Translations under genes and position numbers: made by a program
DNA from: Monocercomonoides exilis PA203
Lineage: Eukaryota; Protista; Preaxostyla
NCBI GenBank assembly: GCA_001643675.2
Contig: LSRY02000043.1
Location: 372,001-436,000, forward strand
DNA: 64,000 nucleotides
Direction: 5' to 3'
The notes under the pieces: model-generated
Databases searched by the model: none
The model's input: only the letters and a program-made list of their open reading frames with translations
Told to the model about the DNA's origin: nothing
Shown: positions 24,747 to 36,625 of the stretch, in pieces
How the letters are laid out: each line of letters begins with the position of its first letter
Position numbering within the stretch: the stretch's first letter is position 1

Positions 24747-27700
24747 CTAGCTTTCATCAGTTTTATGTTCTGTCTTTTGTTCCAAAGCCTGCTTTTCCTT
24801 CAACAGCTGAAGTTGAAGCTGTCTGAGTCTTTCTTTTTTCTCTTTCTTCTTCTTCTTCTTCTCTTTCTTCTTCTTTATCCTTTCTTCTTCAAGTTCGGCA
24901 CTCGTTGGCCCTGCTCCTTCCGTTTCTTCTTTTCCCTCTTCTTTCTGGTCTTCTTTCTTGCCTTCTTCGCCTTCATCTTTTTTCGTTTCTGATTTTTCAC
25001 CATCTTCCTTTTCTTTCGAATCAATTTTCTCTTCCGCATTCTCTCCACTTCCTTCTCCACCTTTCTTCTCCTCCTTCTTTTCATCTGTTTCACTCACTTC
25101 TCCTTTGCTAATTTCAGTTGATTGCACTTGCTCACCTGATCCGCCTTCTTCTTTAGTTTCTGTCGCTTCTTTTTCAATCTGCATCAGCTCATTCGCAGCG
25201 ACGCTTGCATCCAAGTTGTTTTCAATCACTGGCATTTCATTCGAAATCTTCAACACCTCTTCCACATCCACTTTTTTGAGCTCTGATTCATCTTGTTCTT
25301 CCTCTGCTTGAACTTCTTCCTCATTCTTTCTTATATCTTTCTGAGAATTTGCTTCTTTTTCACTATCTGCTTCCTCAACCACATCCGTTTCATTCCTCTT
25401 CTTGTCTGAGGATTTCTTCGTTTTAAAGCCATCTTTCCCACTTTCATCATTTTCAACTTCTTTGTCTTCTGACGTTCCATCCGAAACAGCAAAAGTCACT
25501 TTTCTTTCTCTTTTTCCTTTCTTTTCTTCTTTGTTTTCCGCATCTTTCTCAGTCTCTCTTCTTTTCTTGCTCTTTTCCTGTTTCATTTCCCTTTCTTCTC
25601 TCTCTTCTTGCTCATCCTCTTTCTCGTCCGTCCTCGTCTTCTTTTTCTTCTTTTGGCTGTTTTCTTCATCTCTCTGATTCTCTTCGTCATCTTCATCTTC
25701 TTTCTCGTCATCCTTATCTTTCCCTCTTCTCTCTCCTTTTGTGCTTTTGTGCGTGCGAACTCTCTCAGAATCTTCTTTTTTGTCACTTTCATTCCTTTTC
25801 TCGCTCTTCTCGCTCTTCTCATTCTTTTCGCTCTTCTTCGCCTTTCTCTCTTTTCCTTCTCTCATTTTCGCTTTTTCCTTTTCCTCTTCAGTCTCATCCG
25901 ACTCCTTTTCCTTCTCCTCCTTCCCTTCTCTCCTCTCGTTCCGATGCCTCCCTTCCTCCTTCAACGGCTTCAGCCGCGTTGGCTGCGAAGACCCAGCAAC
26001 AGAAGCAACAGAAGCAGAAGTAGAAGCAGCCACAGCAAACGAAGCAGCAACAGACGGTGGACTCTCCCTCCGCTGCGACTGCGGTGTGTACAAAGCTTGT
26101 GTGTTGGGAGACATCAAATGCGACCGGCTGGTTTCGCGTGTTCTTTCTCGTTCTCTTTCTCGTTCTCTTTCTCTTTCTCGTTCTCTTTCTCTGTCTTCTT
26201 TCTTCCCTCTTTCTCCTTCTTTTGCTTTTCCTTTAGACTCTGTTCGATCTTTTCCTCTTTCTCTTTCTCTTTCTCTTTCTCCATCTCTGTCTCTGTCCCT
26301 GTCTCTATCCCTCTCTTTCTCTCTGTCTCTTTCCTTCTCTCTTCCTTTCCCTTCCCTTCTCCTCTCTTTCAACTTCTCCTTTTCCTTCTCAAGTTCTCTT
26401 TCCATCTCAGCCAGCCTCTCCTTTTCCCTCTCAATTCTTTCGTGTTCCCTTTCAATCTCCTTCCTCTGGTCCACAAACACATCCCCCCTCAGCTGAAGAG
26501 TCAGCAGCTTCGTCTCCTTCTTCTTCTCTGCCAGCTCTCTTTCCAGTCGCTTCACATCCTTCTCCAGCAACCCACACTTTGCATCCAGCTCGCTGCCCCA
26601 CTTCCGGACAGCGTTCATCTGCTGCTCTTTCGTTCTAATTGTGCTCTCCAGCTTCTCCTTCAGCAGCGAAATTTCTGCTGCCTGCTGCTGCGTGGTCGTG
26701 ACAAATGGGCGCTGAGGTGTTGGCTGCTGCCTCGTGTGAAGTGGGCGGGGTGGGGAGACAGACAGCAGAGAAGAGGATAAGGAAGAGGAAGAAGAGGAAG
26801 AAGAAGAGGAAGAAGAAGCAGAAAAAGTTTGTGAAGTGCTTAGGGAGTTAGTGTGCTGTGGAGAAGTGTTTGGGGGAGATAAAATGGGAGAATGTTCCAT
26901 TTTGTGCGGATCAGACAAGAAAGGTGATGGCGAAATGTCAGAAGAATCAAAACTTGAAGATATGTTACCTTCTTTCTGAAGAAATGACTCTGAAATGGAT
27001 TGGTCAAGACCTTCTTCTTTCTCTTCCTTTTCGAAATCTCCGTCTTTCAATTGCGTTTTGTCCTTTTCCTTTCTGAATGAACTTGTCAAATCTAATTCTT
27101 TCTCTCTTTCTCTTTCAACAGAAACCCTATCCCTCTTTAATTCTTCTTCTTTCATCATTTCCATGGCTTCTTCGAATGAGTCTCCCATCGCATCCTTCAG
27201 CACGCTCAGCAATTTCTCATTCTTCTTCTTCGTTTTCTCTGCAACGACTGACAAATGAACATTCCTGCGGTCAGAAGACTGGAGCGATTTCGACAACTCA
27301 GCATTGCGATCCTCAGAAATACGCAGCTTCTCCTTCAGAACGCGGATATCTTCTTTCATTTGCTCAATTTTTTGTGGTTCTTTTTCCACTTTTTCGTCTT
27401 TCTTCTTTTCTGTTCTTTCGAACATTTTAATTGTGTTTTCAAGGGTTTTCTTTTCCTCCTTTAATTGTTCGATGGTTTTATCGCGAAGGCTAATTTCATT
27501 CATGGCTTCTGAGCTTGAAATATGATCCCCAATTCTTCTTTCAAGTTGCTTTTTTAATTTTTCTACTTCTTGAGTCAGAGAGCCGATGATTCTATGTAAG
27601 ACTTTTGGATCATACTCACTTTCATAAACAGGAATTGTCAAGTTTCCTGTTGCGGGAATTGGAGGAAGGGTAATTCTTCTGTTTGTATCTGTTGTTCGAT

Positions 27701-28175
27701 TTGCTTGCTTTTGAGTTTGTAGCGCACTTTTTGGTGTTATTGCAGTTCTTTTTGATAATGTCACAGGTTTCGAAGAAGGTGAAGGTGCTGGAGTTTTGGA
27801 TGTTGCTTTGACTTTAACAACCGGTAAGCTTGTCTTTTCACTCTGTTGAGAAGATGGTTCACGAGGTAATGCAGTTGGAGAAATTGCAATATTTTCTTTT
27901 TTATCAGAGTTTGGAAAAGCAAGGTTATATCCCAAAGCTTCGATATCTGATTCTGTTGGCTTAAAAATTCCTGAATACTGAGGCCTTTCAATCTTTGATT
28001 CATCATCTTCAAGCAAAGTTTCAAAGTGAGCAGCCGGAGGTGTCAAAGGTTCATGAAAATCATATGCTGTTTCTTCTGGATCTGATTCATCGTTTATTTT
28101 TGTGCTTATTGGTTGCAATTCTCGCTTTGGAGATTTTTCTTTTGTAGTTGTTCTATTACGAGTCTGCTTTATCAT
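24747..28175 (-). CDS. Large coiled-coil, charged low-complexity protein with a possible lebercilin-like domain (flagellar/cytoskeletal)
   Basis: Uninterrupted 1142-aa ORF. Segment IEQLKEEKKTLE...EPQKIEQMKEDIRVLKEKLRISE resembles the lebercilin coiled coil. Confidence 0.7.
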   Translation of the reverse strand: MIKQTRNRTTTKEKSPKRELQPISTKINDESDPEETAYDFHEPLTPPAAHFETLLEDDESKIERPQYSGIFKPTESDIEALGYNLAFPNSDKKENIAISPTALPREPSSQQSEKTSLPVVKVKATSKTPAPSPSSKPVTLSKRTAITPKSALQTQKQANRTTDTNRRITLPPIPATGNLTIPVYESEYDPKVLHRIIGSLTQEVEKLKKQLERRIGDHISSSEAMNEISLRDKTIEQLKEEKKTLENTIKMFERTEKKKDEKVEKEPQKIEQMKEDIRVLKEKLRISEDRNAELSKSLQSSDRRNVHLSVVAEKTKKKNEKLLSVLKDAMGDSFEEAMEMMKEEELKRDRVSVEREREKELDLTSSFRKEKDKTQLKDGDFEKEEKEEGLDQSISESFLQKEGNISSSFDSSDISPSPFLSDPHKMEHSPILSPPNTSPQHTNSLSTSQTFSASSSSSSSSSSSSLSSSLLSVSPPRPLHTRQQPTPQRPFVTTTQQQAAEISLLKEKLESTIRTKEQQMNAVRKWGSELDAKCGLLEKDVKRLERELAEKKKETKLLTLQLRGDVFVDQRKEIEREHERIEREKERLAEMERELEKEKEKLKERRREGKGREKERDREKERDRDRDRDRDGERERERERGKDRTESKGKAKEGERGKKEDRERERERERERERERERTRETSRSHLMSPNTQALYTPQSQRRESPPSVAASFAVAASTSASVASVAGSSQPTRLKPLKEEGRHRNERREGKEEKEKESDETEEEKEKAKMREGKERKAKKSEKNEKSEKSEKRNESDKKEDSERVRTHKSTKGERRGKDKDDEKEDEDDEENQRDEENSQKKKKKTRTDEKEDEQEEREEREMKQEKSKKRRETEKDAENKEEKKGKRERKVTFAVSDGTSEDKEVENDESGKDGFKTKKSSDKKRNETDVVEEADSEKEANSQKDIRKNEEEVQAEEEQDESELKKVDVEEVLKISNEMPVIENNLDASVAANELMQIEKEATETKEEGGSGEQVQSTEISKGEVSETDEKKEEKKGGEGSGENAEEKIDSKEKEDGEKSETKKDEGEEGKKEDQKEEGKEETEGAGPTSAELEEERIKKKKEKKKKKKEKKERLRQLQLQLLKEKQALEQKTEHKTDES

Positions 28176-28400
28176 GAAAACAGGGTTTTTATGATAGTCA
28201 AACCGCTTAAAGAATAATTTTTGGGATAGATCATAAAACTGCGAAAATGATTAGAATTCTCTGTATTAATTTCCGAAACAACGAAAAAAAAAAAATTAAT
28301 ATAACAAAAATACAACAAGAAAATTTCATTCTAATAAAATAACTCGACATAATATACGTCTACATTTTAAAAAATTATGTAAAAAAACCCCCAAATTCAT

Positions 28401-31400
28401 TCACATTACATGAGACTGTGAATGAATATGGCGAGGAGAGACAGATAGCGGAGGAAGCTTTAAAAGGGATTCAGCGCTTTTGATGACTACGGTGTCTCCT
28501 CGTGTGTATACCGAACATGTTGAAGGATCATCAATGAGCTTCAGCAAGATGTTCGATGTTAGCGCGCCTTCGTAAAGATAAGAAAAGAAAGAGGAAGGGA
28601 TCTGTACAATTTAAAAGTTATAAGCAGAAGAAAATGAAAAGAAGATAAGGAAACAAAAACAGAAACAAACAGGCAAAAGTTAAGAAGAAATGACAAATTG
28701 AAAATTGTGGAAGATTTATGTCAAAAAAATTTATTTTAAACAAACAAACAAAAAAAAAAAATCCTCGCATCCTTCTTCGTCATACCCACTGCTTCATGAT
28801 CTTCTCATGCTTCACCTCATACAGCGCCCTGTCTTCCCTAAACAGAATAGAATATCTGATGATGCATTTGTTGCTCTCTTGCTCTTCTCTTCCACATTCA
28901 GCTGCATTTGATTCATCTGCTACCTGAAACAGCGAGCTCCCTTGCAACCTTTGCTGGCTCTGGTAATCGTTATAATCTGGATAGCCTTTATAGTCTTTAT
29001 AATCGTGACATTCCTGATATTCCTTATAATCCCTGCCATCTCTATATTCTTTCTGATATTCCTTCTGTTGCTGCTGCTGAAAACGATGATTATGCTGCTT
29101 CTGTTGCTGTTCCTGTTGCTGGTAGTGTCTGCTTGGGCTGCCCAGATGCCTCGAGCTCTGCGACAGATACATCGGCGGCGGAGGCATCGAAGACGCACTG
29201 GCAGACTCCGTTGTGCAATAGCTATTATGCTGCCGCCCCTGCCTCGGAAGAAAAGGATCTGTTATCCCTTCTCCTTCAGAGGCACCAAAACCAACTTCTG
29301 CTTGAATTTCTCTTTCTCTCTCTCTTTCTCTTTCCTTTTCTCTCTCTCTTTCTCTTTCTTTCTCTCTCATCTGCTCTCTCTCTTGTTCTCTTCTCCTCTT
29401 CTCCTTCTCACCCATCTTCCCAATCTCATTCCTCCTTCCTCTTTTGCTTTCCTTCCTCCTTCTCTTTCCAGAAGGCGCTATCTGTTCATCCTGAATTGAG
29501 CCAACTGAACCAAAAGGCGAGTAACCTGATGATTCAGAGGCTGAGTCGATGAAATACCTGCTGCTGCTGTTATTATTATTGTTATTATCTTTATTATTTA
29601 TATAATTACTATTATCTTCATTATTATTATTATAATCATTATCATTACATTCTTCCTTCTGATGGCAGACTTCAGTCTCAATCGCTATCTTTTGCTCTTC
29701 TTCCTTGCTGCTCAAGCAAATGTTCTGCTCAATTTCTCTTTTGATACATTCATCTGCTTCTTTCTCTGCTTCATCTTTTTCTTTTCCCTCTTTTTTTCCT
29801 TTTTCTCCTTCTCCTTCTTTTCTTCTCTCTTCTTCTTCTTCTTTCCCTTCTTCTCCTTCTTCTTCTCTTCCATCTATTTCCTTTCTTTTCATCTGATCAA
29901 CCTCTCTTTCTTCGTACACAATTGGCTCCAGCAGGCTTTTCGTGTCGTCCCTCGGAGTAAACATCTTCTCCTTTGGCAATGAAACATCTGATTTTTCAAT
30001 GAAATTATTATCATTCAATTCCGTTTTTTGATTCTGTTCTCCTCTCAAAATGTCTTCCCGCCTTATTCTTTCTCCCAAAAGACGTCTTTCGTCAAAAGTT
30101 TCGCTTCTTTTCGTTCGCTTTGCAATGTTCATTTTACTTCTGCTTCGGCTGTCATCCAATTTCATCATGTTTCCTGTTGTTGCCATGCTTTCCCTTTCCC
30201 TTTCCCTTTCTTTCTCTCTTTCTCTTTCTCTTTCTCTGCTTCTTCCTTCTTTTCCCTCTCTTCCTTCTCTTCCTTCTCTCCCTTCTTTCTCTTTCCTCCT
30301 CTCTTTGAAGCTGAGCGTGTCAATGATCTGCTTCACTTCCATTGGACAGACCATCTCCCGACCATTCAGAACGGATACAAGACAGCGTAATCTGATCAAA
30401 TACAAAAATAAAGCAAACAAATAAATAAGAAAATGTATAAGAAAATAAAATATATTAAAAAAAAAATTCAAAAAAATTTCAAAAATGAGCATTTTCAGTA
30501 TCCAAACAAAAATTTCTTTTCTTCTTTCTCTTTTTTCCTTTTTTCTCACTCTCCTTTTCCATGCCTCGCTTTCAGTCTATTATGCAGATGCAGTAGCAGT
30601 GCGTGTCTCAAAAGCGATAGAAGAAAAGCAAAGCCACTTTCAGTCACAATCACCACCACTTCTCCCGCATTCTCATCTTCCAAGTCAGGAAGATTGGTGC
30701 CAAAGGGGCCATCAACAAGGACAGTTGTGCCTGAAAGAATATGAATGAGTGAGTAAATAAATAAATAAAGTATTCAAGAAATTGACATTAAATAAAAAAA
30801 AAACATACAAAAAAGAAGTTGGATAAGAAAAATTCAATAAAAAAATTCATCAATTGAAATTTAAAATGCCCAGCATTGAAACAAAAAATCCATTTATCTA
30901 ATCACATTCTATTTTTCCTATTTCAATTTCAGGAATTAATTAATTGCGTACCTGGCTCTGCCAAAAAGTCCATTTGACGGGTGAAATTTCCGTTTCCTCT
31001 TCTGACAATAAACTGAAGGTCTTCATCTGTTGGTGCAGACTAGAAAATTAAAAAAAAAATTAAATAAATAAAAAATTGAAATAAAAAAGATTTTTGTCAA
31101 AATATGAACAAAGTTGATTAATAATCCTGAAAATTATCACACTGCAATTGTGAAGTAATTTGGAGACAGCCACTTTTTCTGTGTTTTGACGCGAATTCTG
31201 ACAAACTGACCAGCCTGTCTTCTTTCCATCTGCTTTGACGGGCGTTGAGGATGATGAAGAACCTTTTCATAAGAGAATTAATCGAAATATTCAACAAAGA
31301 ACAACAAGAGTTGAATTATTACAAAGAAAAAAAATTGTTTTATCAATAAATATTCAAAGAACATACAATAGAAAACATCCTCTCTGATATCCAATATGAG

Positions 31401-32341
31401 TCCGTGACAATCCAATGCGGATCGTTTCTTCCACCAGAAATGCACCGGCAAGGCAACATTCTTCTTACAGAGTCCAACACACTCACCAGCCAGATGAGCA
31501 ACAGATACCCCACAACAACCACATGTAAAATCGGATAAAACGGTGTCGTGTCATCAGTCGCGATTATCCCCAGGCCGCTGTGTGTAAACGCAAAGTAGAG
31601 AGCATGCAGACAAATACCCAAGCTCAGTGGATAAACAAAATAGTGAGCCACTTTCCACACAATCCAAGGAATGCCAAGCCTCTGGCGCGGCAATTGGCGA
31701 TAGACAGCCATGATGCAAATAATAACCAGCACAAGAGAAAAATAGCGAGCAATGACAACATGGACTCCATCTGTGACGTCATAAAATAGTTTAAAAAATT
31801 TGTTCCATTCCTTATTTATATGAGGTGTCCAGAACATTGTGAGAATGTGAGCAAAGAGGAACAGAAAAAATACGAGCACAGACTATAAAATGAAAAACGA
31901 AAAATTGAATTAACTTTACCAATAACATTCAGTTTAAATTCAAACTTTTCTGTGCATTTTCATAAGTAACTGAAGACCAAATATTTTTTCAAGCAACGTT
32001 GGTGCCACACCAGTGGATACAGCAAAAACTATTAACTTGAAAGACAAAAAAAATTTAGGCAACATTAAAATCATTTTTCATTGATAAAAAATTTTGAAGT
32101 AAAAATTGGTAAAGATTTCAACCCAAAAAGTGTTTAAAAAGCAAACCGAAAGTGAAATGATTCCAAATAGATCAACGAGTTGAATAGGGATATTTGCAGG
32201 CTTTCCGAGGAAGAGAAAAAAGCAAGAAATAACTGGAAGTGCAAAAACAAAAATGACTAAAAATTTACAAAATAAATTGTTTAGCCGATTTCTCCTTCTC
32301 CTTCCAGGATGGCGAAGATAATTGAGATACGGGAGCTGCAT
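28401..32341 (-). CDS. Ferric-reductase-like transmembrane flavocytochrome (heme-b TM domain plus FNR-type FAD/NAD module) with a large low-complexity insert
   Basis: LEKIFGLQLLMKMHRK-SVLVFFLFLFAH and WKVAHYFVYPLSLGICLH give four His with 13- and 12-residue spacers. Then AGQFVRI, LQFIVRRGNGNFTR, VLVDGPFG and a short terminal exon. Confidence 0.8.
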
Positions 32342-32373
32342 GTTTGTGAAGTGTTATTTTTGTTTTAAAGAAA

Positions 32374-33292
32374 ATGAGCGAGCCAACTCAATTTGTTAAA
32401 ATAAAAATGGGGAAGAAAGATCATAACATAAAAAAAATCTGCTTTTCAATGAAAATTAAGCCTTTTGAATTACTGACTGTTGTATTTTGCAATATAGGAT
32501 TTGGAGTTGTAATTACTCTTGTTTTATGGATCATCCTTCCAGCGAAATACGCTTTGGGAACATTTAATTACATTTTTAACGCAATATTAGCAGTTGTATT
32601 AGCTTCTTCAACGTTTTATTTTTACAATAAAGCATTTTTTGTTGGCCCAGGAATTGTGCCACATCAGCCTATTCCTGATTCTCTTCTTTCCGAAATGGAA
32701 GCAAATCCAAAAAATGGAGACAAATTTTCAAATGTCTGCAAGTATTGTAATTCTTTAAAACCTCCAAGGGCACATCATTGCAACATGTGTGGTAGGTGCA
32801 TACCAAGGATGGATCATCATTGTTTGTGGATTGGGACTTGCGTTGGGAGAGACAATCAAAAATATTTTATCTTTTGGTTGATATTTTATTTTGCTGGTGC
32901 ATTCTATTTATTTTTGCATTCTCTTCCGCTGTTGCGCCATCCACGAAAATTCAATTCACTTTGGAAATATAGTCTCGTTGTTCAAACTGCAGCAATTGCA
33001 TTTTCATCAATTGTTTATTGTGTCGATCGTTTGATAAGGCAATATTTTAATACCACACAAAATATGACATCTGTTGAAAGAGAATTTGCTCACACGCAGA
33101 AAAGTACAAAAGGTATTCAATATGAAAATCCATTTAATAAAGGTAATTGGAAAGACAATATGAAAGAGGTTTTTAATGTTCAATCAGAAACAAGGTGTGA
33201 ATGAAAACAATACTCGATTAAATAAAACCAATTAATTTTCATGAATTGACCTTTTTATTCTTAGATCCAGATTTGTTGATAAAGTTGTATAG
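32374..33292 (+). CDS. DHHC palmitoyl acyltransferase
   Basis: CKYCNSLKPPRAHHCNMCGRCIPRMDHHCLWIGTCVG, four TM helices, NMTSVE and NPFNKG motifs. Ends at 33204 if unspliced, or at 33292 via a probable last intron. Confidence 0.95.
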
Positions 33293-33480
33293 AAACTGTT
33301 ATTTCATCTTTCACTTCATTCTTCATAGATTCTTAACACTTCAAAAGTTCTTTTCAAACTTTGTGTAATATATGAAGGCCTTTGCGCAAATTATCTATTT
33401 GGCTTCTGGAATACTTTGTCTTTTACTATCAAAGCATCCATATTAAACAATCCAAGAATGATGACATTTTTATTAAGATA

Positions 33481-33889
33481 TTAAACATTTTTAACCACTT
33501 CTTTTTTATGCGGCAAAGAATTTGGGCAATAATAATGAATTACACGTTGCAACACAAGCATTATCGCAAAACACGCAAGACCTACACAGCATCCAATTAA
33601 ATCGGCAAGAATATCCATCCAATCAAGATCTGAATCAAAACAAGCAAAAATTCAAGAATGAAAGATTTTAAAATGTATACAACCATATAAACATACATCT
33701 TCCATCAAGTATATCGAAAAATTCTTTTATAAATCCAATGACCATTCCAAAGATAAAGGAAAAAATAGAATATATAATAATTCGCTTTCCAGTTTGCCCA
33801 AAGCACAAAAATAAAAATAAAAGAACGCCAAAAGTTATTGTAGTTTCTGCTAGAAAATGAGCAATTTTATCCAATCCAATCACATCCAT
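33481..33889 (-). CDS. Small VanZ/YfiM-like membrane protein (3' end uncertain)
   Basis: DKIAHF...GFIKEFFD...DLDWMDILADLIG fits the DKxxH...E...DxxDxxAD/NxxG pattern, with three hydrophobic helices. One intron at about 33630-33698. Confidence 0.65.
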
Positions 33890-33956
33890 AAATTGAAAAA
33901 ACGAGTAATAACTGGTGATTTAAGATCAATATTGTCCACAATATAAAAATTCGAAA

Positions 33957-36008
33957 ATGGGGTTGGCTGCAGCAGCCCTTTTAACAGGAATAATATGCTT
34001 ATTTTTATCATTTCTAGTTGTATTCCTTCTTGGAGGAACAAGAGCATTTATTGGGACACCATTGAATACATGCTACAAACTTTTGATGTGCCAATCATCT
34101 GAAGACTCTTCAACTCAACGCCGTGGAAAAAGAACCGTTGGAAAAGCACAGTCCAAACAAGATAACTCTTGCATGAATAGATTTATGAACTATTTAATGA
34201 ATGAAAAGAATCCAATCATTCAGGTTTTGTTGAGTTTTTGTTTACTCTTTTCATATTCTTCATTTGTTTCTTGACTTTTGAAGATATTTTATGTTTTACT
34301 AGCTGCAGGACTCATTTTAGGATGGTTTATATGCGTGCTGCCTCGAGTTCCGAATTTGTATACTTCATTTTTTGAAAGGTTAGATAATTATTTCAGATTT
34401 TGCAAAGGAGGAATTTTGTTTTCTGTTATTTTTAATTTTAATTTTAATTTTTATAAACAAAACTATTGAAGTTTCATTTGCTTTTCCTTTATTGTTGGAG
34501 CGGTGGGGTCTTACATAATAACTTGCAAAAAGGATCCTGGATGGATTACAAAACACAACATTGACAAGATATTCCAATGCTTCCCATATGATAACATTCT
34601 ATACTCAGAAAAGAAAATTTGCCCAGTTTGTAAAATTGAACGGTGTGAAAAAGTATCCAATTTAATTTAATTTAACTTCATTTTTTAATGTATTTACTAA
34701 ATATTTCCTTTTTTTTCGAATCTTGATTTTTTGAATATCTGCTGTATAAAATGAATTGTTGTAGTCCTCCTCGTTCGAAGCATTGTTCTTTGTGTGGACG
34801 CTGTGTTTCGAAGATGGACCATCATTGCCCTTGGTTTAACATCTGCATTGGAGAGTACAATTTCCGCTATTTCCTGCTGTTTCTGTTTTTGAATGGGATG
34901 GCCTCAGCCTACATCTCTGTCACATCTCTTTCAGTGATCAGAGATTTTATGAAGCGAGCGAGGCTGCTGGAGCCTGCAAGGACGTTGAAAATCAACGGGC
35001 AACCGCATCCTGTGACAAAAACGATGCTTTTACAAATACTCATATTGGAATTTCCTGGCTGCTGCTTGCTTTTTGTGTATGCAGCACTTATTGCGTTGCT
35101 TGTTTTCGGGTTTTTGGCAATGCAATTGACATCATTTTTCAAAAACGAGACCACTGGAGAAGAAGCAAAGGTTTGCACATACAGAAGAAAGAAAGAGAAA
35201 GAGAAATGAATAAAGAATGCTTTTTTAAAAAATCAAAATAAATTAAATAAGAATTATTCTTTTTTAAATTTATGGATTTTCTTATGCAATTTCATTCTTT
35301 TCCTAATATTTATGTGGTAAATGCGTTATTACCATTATGCAATTCCTTCTAATTAAACACTTTGAATTTCAACAAATCATTGTTTTGCAAATTATCCTCT
35401 TTCTTTCTTTTTAGTGGGATTCAATTAAAAAACGGCGTAAGGCCACGCAGCTTCTGCTGAAGATGGACGACCAATGCCGAAAAGAAAAAGCAGACAAAAA
35501 GGGAAATAATCGCTCAGACAATCAGCAAAAGATGAAGTCCAAATCGAAAGATTCAGACGAGCAAGAAGTGTTCAAGCCGCTTACAGAAAGCGAAAGAAAA
35601 GAGATCGAAGCCGACTTGAGTGTGAAGCTGGAGAACAAATACAGCAAAGGGCTGATCCAAAATGCAATGGAAGTAATTTCTCCTCTTTCGCTGAGGGAGA
35701 GTCCGCCAGTGTTTGATGAGCATTCCAAGCTGTGGTGGGGAAAAGCCAAAGCAGACAACGAGAAGGAAGAAAAGAAGCAGCCAAAGTCTTCCACGTCATC
35801 TTCAGCCTCTTCTCGCCTGGCATGGGGCAAGGCGCATCTGCCGCTTCCTGCTGGCTTTTTGAATCGCCCGCTGTTTAATGCTGCTCTCCAAAGACGAAAC
35901 AAGATGAAAGAGGAAGAGGAGAAGAGGAAAGAAATGAAAGAAAATGTGCAGAAGACGAGGAATGCGAGCAAAAAACGAGTGGTTGAATTTTCAAGGGGAA
36001 GGATATGA
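33957..36008 (+). CDS. DHHC palmitoyl acyltransferase, SWF1/ZDHHC4-like, 5 exons
   Basis: N-terminal [63 protein letters not shown] and NKYSKG. Confidence 0.92.
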
Positions 36009-36625
36009 TCTTTCTTTGAGAAGGAACAACAGAATTGAAATTGCATCAAATTTCTAAAAAAATGCTTATTGCTCAACACATCAACACTTGCACTAAGTCA
36101 TTGTACATTTCATCACACTTATAATTTGCATATATCATTTTGTCTTTGCTGTTTCTTTCTCTCATGTTCAACTTAATTTATCACACATATTTTCGGTAAC
36201 TTCTGTGTTATTCATTTTAACAGGGATAATGTTGTTCGCTTTTGAACAATAAAAAACAAAAAAAGAAAAAAACTTCTAAGATCAATCTTTTTCATGGCTA
36301 AAGTGTATTTAAATTGCTTGAAAGTGAAGAAAATATCAAAAAAAAAAAGAGAGAATTGACATTGCCAAATATTCATCCTCTTTACATTTCCAAAACAAAA
36401 AGAGTGAAACATTGCAAAAATTTAAAGCGTGTAAAACAAGAAAAGAAAAGAAAAACAATGGCAAAAAAATTAATGAAATAAACAAGGCCAAAAAAGGAAG
36501 ATAACAAGATCATAAAAATAAAGGCTTAGTTTTCGTTCAAAATCCACACGAAAACGAAAGTATTCTATGGATCAAAAATTATAATTTCATTTCATCTTTT
36601 CAATAAATGCTCTTTCCACTTCATT

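Noticed and set aside
24765-30424. Numerous plus-strand ORFs antisense to the coiled-coil and reductase genes
   Set aside because: Shadow ORFs of low-complexity purine-rich coding strands with no recognisable domains.
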